From contig CBDCTC010000002.1 of assembly GCA_965222125.1 (NCBI GenBank), positions 41,270 through 105,269 on the forward strand: DNA of 64,000 bases. Direction: 5' to 3'. The stretch is from Dehalococcoidia bacterium. Its GTDB lineage: Bacteria > Chloroflexota > Dehalococcoidia > Lucifugimonadales > CAZENU01. Positions 29,529-39,642 of the stretch are shown here, one piece after another. The position numbers and the translations under genes were made by a program. A model generated the notes under the pieces. It was not told the origin of the DNA and did not search any database. It saw only the letters and a program-made list of their open reading frames with translations. The first letter of the stretch is position 1; each line of letters starts with the position of its first letter.

Positions 29529-30350
29529 TCAGGACGTCCCGAAGTAGCTGCGTTCCGCGTAGTAGGAGTCGCCCAACCGCTTCACGCCACCTGCCCACAC
29601 CACGTGGTGCGTGGTCTCGATCTCGCCCGACGGAGTCGTGTAACGCTCCGCGAACAGTGCGAGCCTCGGATCGTCAGGCGGTGGCAGCGACCCTCCGCGC
29701 CAAGCCCATATGCCGCACTGGAACTGCAGCCAATCGTAGATGCTGGGGTAGTAGCGCTTCGTCACGATCTCGGAAGCAATCCGGATGCTGACTCCGTTGC
29801 GCTCCAGGACAACCCGCGCCTGGTCCATAGTCCGTACCACCTGGTTGCGCGGGACGCCTGGGCCGAACACTGCGGCCACCTCCTGGTGATGAAGGTTGCC
29901 GATCATCTCGCAGAATAGAAGGCCGTCGTCCTTCAGTACCCTCAGCGCCGCCTGGATGCCGTAGCTGTCGTACCCGATCGGGCCGCGTTCCGAGAACACG
30001 AAGTCGAAAGACTCTGCTTCCAGCTCGTGGCCGTCCTCTGGAAAGTCGAGCAGTCGGAACTCAACGTTGTCGCGGCCGCTGCGTCGCAGCGGCTCCTCGG
30101 CCAGGCGGATGTGGGCCGGGTCGTCGTCGATCCCCAGGCCCGAGGCAAACCGATGGCCGTTCTCCAGGAGGGTGGCGCCGCTGCCGCAGCCAACGTCAAG
30201 GACACGCATGTCCGGGCTGAACTGCGAGGCGATGAAGTCGGACGCACCGGTCGCCAGGCGGTCGTCTATACGGGTCCAGGGAGCGTGTGAGCCGTAGTAG
30301 GAGTGGGACGCCTCCAGGATCGCCCTCAGGCGGTCTCGGTCCAGCTCCAT
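29529..30350 (-). CDS. Class I SAM-dependent methyltransferase
   Basis: VLDVGCGSG, SFDFVFS, RVLK.DG. Confidence 0.88.
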   Translation of the reverse strand: MELDRDRLRAILEASHSYYGSHAPWTRIDDRLATGASDFIASQFSPDMRVLDVGCGSGATLLENGHRFASGLGIDDDPAHIRLAEEPLRRSGRDNVEFRLLDFPEDGHELEAESFDFVFSERGPIGYDSYGIQAALRVLKDDGLLFCEMIGNLHHQEVAAVFGPGVPRNQVVRTMDQARVVLERNGVSIRIASEIVTKRYYPSIYDWLQFQCGIWAWRGGSLPPPDDPRLALFAERYTTPSGEIETTHHVVWAGGVKRLGDSYYAERSYFGTS

Positions 30351-30387
30351 GTCGAGGACTCCAGGCCGCGGAGTCGTCCGGTGGCGG

Positions 30388-31119
30388 CTACGCCCCGGTC
30401 CGTTGGCCCCGGTTGTTGGAGATGTACTCCTTGGCGGCCGTGAGGAACAGGCCGGTGAAGCGCTGCGCGACGAGAATGTCGCCGGTCAGCTTACTGCCGC
30501 CCGCCTTGACCACCCTGGCCACCTGCGCCTCGACCTCCTTGAGCTTCGGGTGTTCGATGTCGCCCGGGTAGCCGAGAGAACCCGCCATGTCCTTGGGGCC
30601 GACGTGGTAGGTGTGTATGCCGTCGACCTTGACCATCTCCTCCAGGTTGTCGAGCGCCTCGGCGTCCTCGAGCAGGACGGTGACCAGCATTTGCGAGTTG
30701 GTCTCTGCCATGTACTCGGTGTCGGACTCGTTGGTCAGGTAGTTGGCGCCCCGGCCCGCGCCCAGGCTGCGGTTCCCGATCGGGCTGTAGTAGCACGCCT
30801 CGACGAGACACTCGGCGTCGGCACGCGTGCTTATATGGGGACCCTCGATCCCCTGGATGCCGCGGTCGAGGTATTGGCCTATGGTCGAAGGCTCGATGTT
30901 CGGCGCGCGCGCCCAGGTCGTGACGCCATACAGATCGGCCACGCGCACCAGGTTGTCCAGGTCGTCCAGCGAAAAGGTCCCATGCTCACCGTCGAGATAG
31001 ACGAAGTCGAAGCCCGCCATCCCGATCAGCTCCATGTCCGTCGTCGACGTGTGGGTGTAGGCGCAGCCCACTGAGACCACGCCCGCCTTCATGTTCGCCA
31101 GTATCTTGTTCGTCCTCAT
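30388..31119 (-). CDS. HpcH/HpaI aldolase family protein
   Basis: GFDFVYLDGEH, LD.G..GI..P, Y.P.G.R, GP.DM..SLG. Confidence 0.88.
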   Translation of the reverse strand: MRTNKILANMKAGVVSVGCAYTHTSTTDMELIGMAGFDFVYLDGEHGTFSLDDLDNLVRVADLYGVTTWARAPNIEPSTIGQYLDRGIQGIEGPHISTRADAECLVEACYYSPIGNRSLGAGRGANYLTNESDTEYMAETNSQMLVTVLLEDAEALDNLEEMVKVDGIHTYHVGPKDMAGSLGYPGDIEHPKLKEVEAQVARVVKAGGSKLTGDILVAQRFTGLFLTAAKEYISNNRGQRTGA

Positions 31120-31144
31120 CGATCCTCCAATCGCGAATGGGGGC

Positions 31145-31999
31145 TCAGGCCAGGAGCATCCGCTCCAGCCACTTCTCTTCCACCCCGTGGTCTATGAATC
31201 CGCGGCCCGTGCGCAGCTCGATCTGCGCCTCGCCGTGCATGGCCTCAACAACCGGCTCGACGTACTTCAACTCGTCCCGGCCGCAGGTGAAGAGCGCACG
31301 GGCGCCGATGCGCGGCGCGAAGGCCAGCGGATCGAACAGCGACAGCGTGTCGGCAGCCTCTTTGGCGTCGCCGGGGTGAGTCCTGGCGTAGTTGTTGAGC
31401 TCCTGCAGCGGGTACGCCCGGGTCAGCGGCGCGCGTTCGGCCGCCGCGCGCAGGGTCATCGCAGTGACGAGCATCAGCGGCGTCTGCGGCCGCAGCGCCG
31501 TTGTGATAGCCGCCAGGTCCATGCCGGCCACGGCCAGCCTGGCCGGGTCGACCTCCGGCCGCGCGGTGAAGACGTCGAGGGCCCGCAGGCAGTCGGCCAC
31601 GACACCGCGGTAGACGTAGGTGTCGGCGCCCGGGAGACCGTCCGTCAGCAGGCCGGGGTACGCGGCGGAATAGCCGGAGTCGGACAGCCGCTGGCCGCGG
31701 TGGCACAGGGCCATCACGGCGTATCGGCTGCGGCGCTCGTAGGCGGGCACTCCAACCACGCTGCCGTAGCCGGGCGTCTGAAAGAGCGCCGGGAAGGGGC
31801 CCTCGCCCCTCGGCATCGTGAAGTAGGCGAACAGGGGATAGCCACCGACGCCCTCGAACCGGAGGCCGTGCACGACGGACGTCTCGTTCGAGCGCATCGG
31901 GAGGCTCTCGATCGCGACGGCGCCGTTCGACAGGGCCGACACCTCGTCGAGGATCGTCTGCCAGTACGCCGGGAGCTCCTGGGGTTCGTTTGTGTTCAC
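31145..31999 (-). CDS. Acetylxylan esterase (CE7)-like protein lacking the GxSxG nucleophile
   Basis: PGYG, YVYRG..ADC.RA.D....PEVD.R.AV; AGMD replaces GxSQGG. Confidence 0.75.
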   Translation of the reverse strand: MNTNEPQELPAYWQTILDEVSALSNGAVAIESLPMRSNETSVVHGLRFEGVGGYPLFAYFTMPRGEGPFPALFQTPGYGSVVGVPAYERRSRYAVMALCHRGQRLSDSGYSAAYPGLLTDGLPGADTYVYRGVVADCLRALDVFTARPEVDPARLAVAGMDLAAITTALRPQTPLMLVTAMTLRAAAERAPLTRAYPLQELNNYARTHPGDAKEAADTLSLFDPLAFAPRIGARALFTCGRDELKYVEPVVEAMHGEAQIELRTGRGFIDHGVEEKWLERMLLA

Positions 32000-32003
32000 G
32001 GGA

Positions 32004-32936
32004 CTATGCCTCGAGATGGTCGGCGAGGAACCGGTCGATGATGGCGCCGTGTCCGGTGCCGCCGCCCGCGTCGTGGGCACAGTCCTCGTACGGGTAGAGA
32101 CGTTTGTCGCCGCTGCCGATGGCGCGGTAGACCGCGTAGCCGGTCTCCGGAGGGCACACGTCGTCCCTCAGGCCGATGTTGACGATAATCGGGCAGCGTA
32201 TCCGATCGACGAAGTTGTGAATATCGTAGTAGTTGAGAACGTCGGTCATTGCCTGCCGGCGCTCGGGGTACGTCCGGACATAGTCGTTGATCTCCTCGTA
32301 CGGGTACGAGCGGGTCAGCGACGCCGCGTCCATCATCGAGCACAGGTAAGGCGCGCCGGCCGACGCCGCCGCGACCTTCCCCGCGCGAAGGGCCGCGACG
32401 AGCAGCGTCAATGCGCCGCCCTGGCTGGAGCCCCGCACGGCGACCCTCCGCGGATCGACCTCCGGAAGGCTCAGCAGCAGGTCGAAGGCGCGCACCGCGT
32501 CCATGTAGAAGCCGCGGTAGCCGTACGTGTCGCGGTCCGTGGTGTTGTGCACCAGCAGGCCGGGGTAGCCGGGGTTGAAAACGCCGTTGCTGCGCAGCTT
32601 GCCCCGAGGCGCCGCCGAGATGGCAGCGTAGCCCTGCGCGGCCAGGTCCGTCGGCATCGTCGGCTCGCCGACGTAGCCGGGCACGATGAGGACGGCGGGA
32701 AGCGGGCCCGACGCGCCGCGGGGCCTCGCGTACCAACACGCGATCTCAAGGCCGCCGTAGCTCCGGTAGTGGCCCTCGAACACCTCGATGTCGTCCGTGG
32801 AGCGCATCTCCACCGGTTCGAGTCTGGACTCCAGCGGCACCGACTCGGTCGCGGCCATCGTCTCGTCCCAGAACGCGTCGAAATCATCGGGCCTGACGAC
32901 GCTGCTGACGAAGCTTTCGGGTCCGCCGTTAGTCAA
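32004..32936 (-). CDS. Acetylxylan esterase / cephalosporin C deacetylase (CE7)
   Basis: RPDDFDAFW, GSSQGG, YPYEEI, D.VCPP.T, AH. Confidence 0.9.
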   Translation of the reverse strand: MTNGGPESFVSSVVRPDDFDAFWDETMAATESVPLESRLEPVEMRSTDDIEVFEGHYRSYGGLEIACWYARPRGASGPLPAVLIVPGYVGEPTMPTDLAAQGYAAISAAPRGKLRSNGVFNPGYPGLLVHNTTDRDTYGYRGFYMDAVRAFDLLLSLPEVDPRRVAVRGSSQGGALTLLVAALRAGKVAAASAGAPYLCSMMDAASLTRSYPYEEINDYVRTYPERRQAMTDVLNYYDIHNFVDRIRCPIIVNIGLRDDVCPPETGYAVYRAIGSGDKRLYPYEDCAHDAGGGTGHGAIIDRFLADHLEA

Positions 32937-33011
32937 TCGAGGGGTCCTCCGTCGAAGAAGCCGGGGCGACTATAGATTAGGCCGCCCCCGCTGTCAACGG
33001 AACCGCAGCTA

Positions 33012-34898
33012 CCCAAATCCACCGGCTAAATGAGTGGGAGACCTCGTTGGAGCCCGACGCGATGCGGGCTAAGATGGTTGTTGAGCAAACGAACCGATCA
33101 CCAACGAGGTGCATCTATTATGAAGCAAGGAGTTCTGCCGTTCCAGTACGTCGAGGAGAGAAGTTCGACAGGTATGACGGCCATGGCGGGTCTGGGAGTC
33201 TACCTGGACCTGTTCGAGGCAGTTGGCCTGAGAGAGTCGGTGGACCGTCACGTGGGCGTGAGGAGTGAGGCGCAGGGCTGGACGGACAGCCAGGTGGTGA
33301 CCTCGTTGATAGTGCTGAACCTGGTGGGCGGGGAGTCGGTGGGCGACCTTCGGATACTGGAGAAGGATGCTGGGTTGGGTAGGATGTTGAGTATGGCCGA
33401 GCGTCACGGGATGCCCGGTGGAGAGCGAAGGGCGCTTCGGAGGAGGTGGCGCACCGAGCGTCGTCGGAATGTCCCATCGCCTTCGTCAGTGTTCCGCTAC
33501 CTGTCTAGCTTCCATGACGAACAGGAGGAGGCCAAGCGTGAGCCCCACAAGGCGTTCATACCCGCTGCGACCGATGCTCTGGTTGGTCTGAGGAGGGTGA
33601 ATGCGGAGACGATAGGCTTCGTTCAGAGCCATGCTGGGCATAAGCAAGCAACGTTGGATATGGACGCGACGCTGATCGAGACCCACAAGAGGCAGGCGAG
33701 CTATTGCTACGACAAGTACAGGGCGTATCAGCCTCTGACGACGTACTGGGCCGAAGCCGACCAGATTGTGCACTCGGAGTTTCGAGACGGCAACGTACCT
33801 GCGGGCCACCAGCAGCTTCGGGTGCTGCGGGAGTCATTGGAGTATCTGCCCAGAGGAGTCGAAGAGGTGATGCTGAGGTCTGACACGGCGGGGTACCAGC
33901 GGGAGTTGCTGCGGTACTGCGCGGAGGGTAGAGACGAGCGGTTCGGGGTGATTGAGTTCGCCGTCGGCGCCGATGTTACGCCGGAGTTGAAGCGGGCGAT
34001 CGACTCTGTGCCGGAGGGCGATTGGCATGAACTCAAACAGAGTGTGGTGGCCCATGAGTTGGAAACGGGACAACAGTGGGCGGAGGTGAACTTCGTACCC
34101 AACTGGATAGGTCACAAAAAGAGTAGTCCTGAGTACCGTTTCATAGCGATCAGAAAGTTGCTGCGCAAGCCGCCTATGCCAGGGATGGAGGCTCACCTGC
34201 AGTTGTCGCTCCCCGTCATGGAGATTCGGGGCGAGGGTGGTACAAGGTCACAGCATTGGTGACCAACCGTGCTCTCCCAGGGGACAAGCTGATCGGGTGG
34301 TACAGGCAGAGGTGTGGGAAGGGTGAGGAGGTGCACGGGGTGCTCAAGGAAGACCTCGCTGGCGGTCGGCTGCCGTCGGGTCTGTTCGGGGCCAATGCCG
34401 CGTGGTGGGCGATAGCGGTACTGGCGTTCAACCCCGTATGGGGCTACGGGGCAGCTCTCAACTCGGCGCTGAAGCGCTTGGCGTTGGGCGCCGAGTGGCT
34501 AAGAAGACGGCTCAAGGCCGTGCGATTCGGCCTGATCGGGCCTGCCGGACGAGTCGTGCATCATGCCAGGAGCATGATCATCCGCCTGCCCAGAGGACAC
34601 CCTTCATACAACCTGCTACTCAAAGCTCGCGCCAAGATGCTGGCACTACCAGCCCCACCGTAGTTCGACCTTCCCACAACCAAATCATCTCGACCCGAAG
34701 CGGCCGGATCCCGTCCGGTGGATGCGCCTCGCCATCCTTCTACCCCGGAAGGGCCGCAGACGCCCTCAACATCCCCAAACGGCCTTCCCAGACCACCTCG
34801 ACACGCATCTCCGAACGCCCAGACGGCCCCCTAACCGCCCCGACATCCGTCGAAGTGCCACCAACAACCGCACACATCAATCTGCCGGTGGATTTGGG
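33012..34898 (+). mobile_element. IS1380-family element
   Basis: TIR CCCAAATCCACCGGC (33012-33026) / GCCGGTGGATTTGGG (34884-34898). Confidence 0.88.
33120..34663 (+). pseudogene. IS1380-family transposase, frameshift near 34230 and 24-bp in-frame insertion at 34433-34456
   Basis: TLDMDAT, YQPL, RSDTAG; WYKV..VTN continues in another frame; compared with the 9233 copy. Confidence 0.85.
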
Positions 34899-34949
34899 CC
34901 GCGCACTCACCATTGACGGTATTAATGTCACTCGTCACTATAGTGGACG

Positions 34950-35228
34950 GTGTATCGATTCAGGGACAACGATGCCGAGCGTCTCTTCAACGGACTGCCG
35001 GTCCGTCGCCTGCCCCCTCACCTTCAGCGACGGGCGCAAATGAGGTTGCAGCGCGTCGTCGCTGCAGCGGCGCTAACCGACCTTGGGGTGCCGCCCTCAC
35101 ATCGACTTGAGGCGTTGCGAGGAGACCGTAGGGGCCAATACAGCATACTCGTCAACGATCAATGGCGTATATGCTCTAGTTGGACAGATCGAGGCGCTAT
35201 GGACGTCGAGGTGACCGACTACCACTGA
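34950..35228 (+). CDS. higB: HigB toxin (RelE/ParE superfamily)
   Basis: DL.VPPS.RLEAL.GDR.GQYSI.VNDQWRIC..W....DVE..DYH. Confidence 0.88.
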   Translation: MYRFRDNDAERLFNGLPVRRLPPHLQRRAQMRLQRVVAAAALTDLGVPPSHRLEALRGDRRGQYSILVNDQWRICSSWTDRGAMDVEVTDYH

Positions 35229-35239
35229 GGAGGATCCGA

Positions 35240-35545
35240 ATGGCCGCAGGTGCGCCGATCCACCCTGGAGAGCATCTAGCCGAGATCTTGGATGAGCTCG
35301 GTATCAGCCAGTACCGTCTGGCTAGGACGATTGGCGTGCCGCCGATACGTGTCAACGACATCGTTCGGCGTCGCAGATCCGTCACGGCAGACACTGCGCT
35401 GCGAATCGGCCAAGCTCTAGGCACCACACCGGAGTTCTGGTTCAACCTCCAGCGGATGTACGATCTGGAAATCGCCCGGGCCTCCACCGACACCAGCTCT
35501 ATCAAGCCGCTCGTCACGGCGTCCCAAAGCGAAGCACCAGCCTGA
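35240..35545 (+). CDS. higA: HigA antitoxin (HTH-XRE)
   Basis: PIHPGE.L, SQY.LA, R..VTADTALR, FW.NLQ..YDL. Confidence 0.9.
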   Translation: MAAGAPIHPGEHLAEILDELGISQYRLARTIGVPPIRVNDIVRRRRSVTADTALRIGQALGTTPEFWFNLQRMYDLEIARASTDTSSIKPLVTASQSEAPA

Positions 35546-35620
35546 GGCGCAGACTCGAAACCAGTTGATGCCACCGCCTGACATAGTCTTGAGTATCGGG
35601 GACTGACGCCAAGGGGTACG

Positions 35621-35697
35621 TGGGGTGAGCGAAGGGATTCGAACCCTCGATCTCCAGGGCCACAACCTGGCGCCTTAACCTCTTGGCCACGCTCACC
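35621..35697 (-). tRNA. tRNA-His(GTG)
   Basis: G-1 GTGAGCG...CGCTCACCCCA, CCAGG-TTGTGGC-CCTGG anticodon arm, GGTTCGAATCC. Confidence 0.95.
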
Positions 35698-35915
35698 GCG
35701 CCACTCATCGAGTCTAGCATCGGCGAGAAGCGTGGGTCAAACCGGGGGACGTCCTCTCGAAGGCCCCCACTTCAGGTCCCTCACTTAGCTCGGGACGACA
35801 GATCGAAGGCCGTCCCGGGACTACGCGGGGACCGCTTGTCTACCGGTTGGGGATGAAATCGTGCCGTGGATGGCGCATAATTGGGCCATCCAGCCGTCGG
35901 AGCCGACCACCTGAC

Positions 35916-37343
35916 ATGCTTTCGACCCGCCCCAAGACCAAGATAGTCTGCACCCTCGGGCCCGCTTGCGCGTCCCAGGAGACTGTCGGGGCCCTGGTGC
36001 TCGGCGGGATGAGCGTCGCCCGGATGAACATGTCCCACGGGACGGAGGAGGAGCACGCGCGGGCGATCGAGTACGTCCGGAGAGCCTCCGACCGTCTCGG
36101 CGTGCCGGTCGGCATCATGGTCGACGCACCTGGCGCCAAGTACCGGACCGGGCCGATCGGAGTCGGCGCGCTGAACCTCGAAAACGGCAACCCTCTGACT
36201 CTCACCAGCCGCGACATCGTCGGGTCCCGCACGGCCGTGACGGTAACTCCGCCCGGGATCCACCGCGACGCTGCCGTCGACCGGCCCGTTCTCCTGGACG
36301 ACGGGCGCATCGAGCTTCGCGTCGACAGCGTCGTCGGGACCGACGTTTCCTGCACGGTCGTCCGCGGAGGCAGGCTGACCGAGCGGCGGGGTGTGGCTAC
36401 GCCCGGCAAGGCGCCCACGCAGCACTTTCCCGACGCCGCCGCGACGAGGGCCATCGAGTTCGCGGCCGAGCAGCGGGTGGACATGCTGGCACTGTCGACC
36501 ATCGTCTCCCCGGACGACGTGAGGGCGGCGCGGGAGATCGTCTCCCGAGGCGGTCACGAGCTCGAAATCATCTCGAAGATCGAGCGCACGGAGGCGATAG
36601 CCCGCTTCGACGAGATACTCGCCGTCAGCGACGCGGTCATGGTAGCCAGAGGCGACATGGGCGTCGAGGTGGCGTTGGCGAGGGTCCCGGTGATCCAGAA
36701 GGACCTGATCGCCCGAAGCAACGACAGCGGCAAGCCTGTCATCACGGCGACGCAGATGCTGGAGTCGATGGTCGAATCGCCGGTGCCGACCCGGGCCGAG
36801 GTCACGGATGTCGCGAACGCGGTCTTCGATGGCACGGACGCGATCATGCTCTCCGGCGAGACATCGGTGGGCCGGTACCCCGTCGAGGCGGTCAAGGTGA
36901 TGGCCGAGGTAGCCGTCGAGGCGGAGGCCGCCCTACCCTACGAGCATATGATCGTGGAGAAGCGCCGCCACCTGGTCCCGCAGACCGACGACGCGATCAG
37001 CTACAACGCCTGCCAGACGGCGCAGCAGATCGGTGCAGGCCTGATAGTGGCTTTCACCGAGTCCGGCAGCACCGCGGGACGGGTCTCCCGCTACCGCCCG
37101 ATGGCCCCGATACTCGCCCTCACGCCCAGCGACGCCGTCCTTCGCCGCCTGACGCTGAGGTGGGGCGTCACGCCGATAACCATCCCGCGGATCCAGAATG
37201 TGGAAGACTTCTTTGCCATCGGCGAGCGGATGGCGAAGCAGGAGGCTGGACTCGAGCCCGGTAGCCTCGTCGTTCTCGTCGCCGGCCTGCCGATCGGGGT
37301 GAAGGGCGGCACCAACCTCCTTCGCGTGCTCACCGTCACTTAG
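35916..37343 (+). CDS. pyk: Pyruvate kinase
   Basis: TKIVCTLGPA, ARMNMSHG, KIE, MVARGDMG, TATQMLESM, PTRAE, MLSGET. Confidence 0.96.
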   Translation: MLSTRPKTKIVCTLGPACASQETVGALVLGGMSVARMNMSHGTEEEHARAIEYVRRASDRLGVPVGIMVDAPGAKYRTGPIGVGALNLENGNPLTLTSRDIVGSRTAVTVTPPGIHRDAAVDRPVLLDDGRIELRVDSVVGTDVSCTVVRGGRLTERRGVATPGKAPTQHFPDAAATRAIEFAAEQRVDMLALSTIVSPDDVRAAREIVSRGGHELEIISKIERTEAIARFDEILAVSDAVMVARGDMGVEVALARVPVIQKDLIARSNDSGKPVITATQMLESMVESPVPTRAEVTDVANAVFDGTDAIMLSGETSVGRYPVEAVKVMAEVAVEAEAALPYEHMIVEKRRHLVPQTDDAISYNACQTAQQIGAGLIVAFTESGSTAGRVSRYRPMAPILALTPSDAVLRRLTLRWGVTPITIPRIQNVEDFFAIGERMAKQEAGLEPGSLVVLVAGLPIGVKGGTNLLRVLTVT

Positions 37344-37348
37344 CTGCC

Positions 37349-39535
37349 ATGAAGCTCTACGACTCACTGACAAAGCAGCTGAAGCTCGTCGAGCCGGCCG
37401 AGCCCGGAGTCGTCAAGATGTACACCTGCGGCCCCACCGTGTACCGCGACGCCCACCTGGGCAACCTGCGGTCGTACCTGATGGCCGATTGGATCCGGCG
37501 CACGATGGAGATTCAGGGCGTCCGGGTACTGCACGTCAAGAACATCACCGACGTCGGCCACATGCGCCAGGAGGTGCTCGAACAGGGCGAGGACAAGGTG
37601 ATCGCGGCGGCGATCGCGGCGGGAAAGACGCCAGGGGAGATCGCCGAGACGTACACCGACCGATTCCTGCGCGACGAACAGACGCTGAACATCACCCCGG
37701 CGGAACATTTCCCCAGGGCCACGGCCCACGTCGACGAGATGCTGGAGATCGTCGAGGACCTCGTGGCGAAGGGCCTCGCCTACGAGGTCGAAGGCAACGT
37801 CTACTACAGCGTTTCGGCGTCGCCGAGCTACGGCGCGCTGTCGGGCAACATACAGGAGGAAGCGCTGCTCGAGGCCGTCCGAATCGAGGCCGACCCGCTC
37901 AAGCGAGACGTGCGCGACTTCACGCTGTGGAAGAGGGCCGAGCCTGGACGCGAGCTGAAGTGGCCCAGCCGATGGGGTGACGGCTTCCCCGGCTGGCACA
38001 TCGAATGCTCGGCCATGTCGATCAAGTACCTGGGCCCGCGGTTCGACATCCACACCGGCGGGGTCGACAACATCTTCCCTCACCACGAAGGCGAAATCGC
38101 CCAGAGCGACGGTTTCACCGGGGGGCCGGTCGTCAGCACCTGGGTGCACGGTCAACACCTGCTCGCCGACGGCGTGAAGATGGCCAAGTCGACGGGCAAC
38201 TCGTTCATCCTGTCCGACATCGAGAGCCGCGGCATCGACCCGCTCGCCTTCCGCTACCTGTGCCTCACGACGAACTACAAGACCAGGCTGAACTTCACGT
38301 TCACCTCGCTGCGGGCGGCGCAGCGCGCCCTCCACCGCCTGCGCAACCGCGTCTGGGAGTGGGAGTCATCCGCGGACGCCGGCGTACCTGACGACGGCGC
38401 GGTCGCCGAGTGGCACGGGCGCCTTCTGGAGCGGGCCAATGACAATCTCGACATGCCAGGCGCTCTGGCCCTGACGTGGGAGGCCGCGCACTCGGACCTG
38501 CCCTCAGCCGACAAGCTGGCCGTCATTCGCGACTTCGATAGGCTGCTCGGCCTCGGTCTCGCCGACATGCGAGATCGCTACCGGGTGCCCGACGAGACCA
38601 TCGCCGCGGTTGCCCGCAGGGCGGGTCTCCGCGAGGAGCGCCGTTACACCGAGGCCGACGAGGAGAGAAACGGCCTCGACCACGCGGGCTTCGTCGTCGA
38701 GGACGGTCGAACGGCGACGCGGGTGCGTCCCAAGACCGACTGGGAGAAGCGGCAGGAGGCCTGGCAGACGGTCTCCGCCGCCGCCGAGGTGCGGTCCCTG
38801 CACGAACAGGTCGACGCGGCCGACTTCACCTTCGCGGTCGTCGCCCACAACTACGTCGACGACGTCCGCCGCTGCATCGAGTCGGCGGTGCGCTGGTCGG
38901 AGGACCGCGACGTCGAGGTCGTTGCCGTCGACAACGGCTCGACGGACGGGACCGAGGAGTGGCTGGAGCGGTCGGCCTCCGAGGACGCCAGGATAAGGGT
39001 GATACACACCGACCACGCCCTCGGGGAGGGCGCGGCGCGCAACATTGCGCTCAAGCAGTGCCGCGGACGCACCATAGTGATGCTCGATACGAGCGTCGAG
39101 GTCACCGGCGACCTGCTCGGCCCGCTCGAGCGCATCCTCGACGACGATAGCGTGGGAGTCGCGGGGCCCTTCGGGCTCCGCACCGGCGATCTGCACCACT
39201 TCCACGAGGGCGAGGGCGAGGCCGGCGACATGGATGCAATGCAGGCCTACTGCTTCGCGTTCCGCCGCCGCCGGCTGCGCGACGTTGGCTTCATGCGCGA
39301 GACCTTCAGGTTCTATCGCAACCTGGACCTCGACTACAGCTTCCACTTCAAGGACCGGGGCTATCGCATCGTCGCCGATCCGACGCTGCCCGTCCGGCTG
39401 CACGAGCACCGGGTCTGGAGCGAGTTGGCCGAGGGCGAGCGGGACGAGCTGAGCCGCAAGAACTACCGGCGGTTTCTCGACAAGTGGGGCGACCGCACCG
39501 ACCTGCTGGTCAGCAACCGGCGCATCGATCGATAG
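37349..39535 (+). CDS. cysS: Cysteine--tRNA ligase fused to a C-terminal GT2 glycosyltransferase domain
   Basis: YTCGPTVY, HLGN, PGWHIECSAM, DIHTGG.D..FPHHE, KMAKS, anticodon helix; then VVAVDNGSTDG, G..ARN..L...RG, DLDYS. Confidence 0.88.
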   Translation: MKLYDSLTKQLKLVEPAEPGVVKMYTCGPTVYRDAHLGNLRSYLMADWIRRTMEIQGVRVLHVKNITDVGHMRQEVLEQGEDKVIAAAIAAGKTPGEIAETYTDRFLRDEQTLNITPAEHFPRATAHVDEMLEIVEDLVAKGLAYEVEGNVYYSVSASPSYGALSGNIQEEALLEAVRIEADPLKRDVRDFTLWKRAEPGRELKWPSRWGDGFPGWHIECSAMSIKYLGPRFDIHTGGVDNIFPHHEGEIAQSDGFTGGPVVSTWVHGQHLLADGVKMAKSTGNSFILSDIESRGIDPLAFRYLCLTTNYKTRLNFTFTSLRAAQRALHRLRNRVWEWESSADAGVPDDGAVAEWHGRLLERANDNLDMPGALALTWEAAHSDLPSADKLAVIRDFDRLLGLGLADMRDRYRVPDETIAAVARRAGLREERRYTEADEERNGLDHAGFVVEDGRTATRVRPKTDWEKRQEAWQTVSAAAEVRSLHEQVDAADFTFAVVAHNYVDDVRRCIESAVRWSEDRDVEVVAVDNGSTDGTEEWLERSASEDARIRVIHTDHALGEGAARNIALKQCRGRTIVMLDTSVEVTGDLLGPLERILDDDSVGVAGPFGLRTGDLHHFHEGEGEAGDMDAMQAYCFAFRRRRLRDVGFMRETFRFYRNLDLDYSFHFKDRGYRIVADPTLPVRLHEHRVWSELAEGERDELSRKNYRRFLDKWGDRTDLLVSNRRIDR

Positions 39536-39642
39536 CCTTCGTTTCACATGAATCTTGCGCGGCGGGCGTGTATAATCTCGTCGCGCGTCAGATCGCGACA
39601 AGGTCCCCACTCTACCCGCCAATTGGCACGATCCATACGTCA

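Noticed and set aside
34220-34245. Programmed frameshift in IS1380 transposase
   Set aside because: No slippery heptamer, and the other copy is in frame here
37349-38700. Calling the CysRS-like domain MshC
   Set aside because: It retains the anticodon-binding helix and no mshA/B/D genes are in the window
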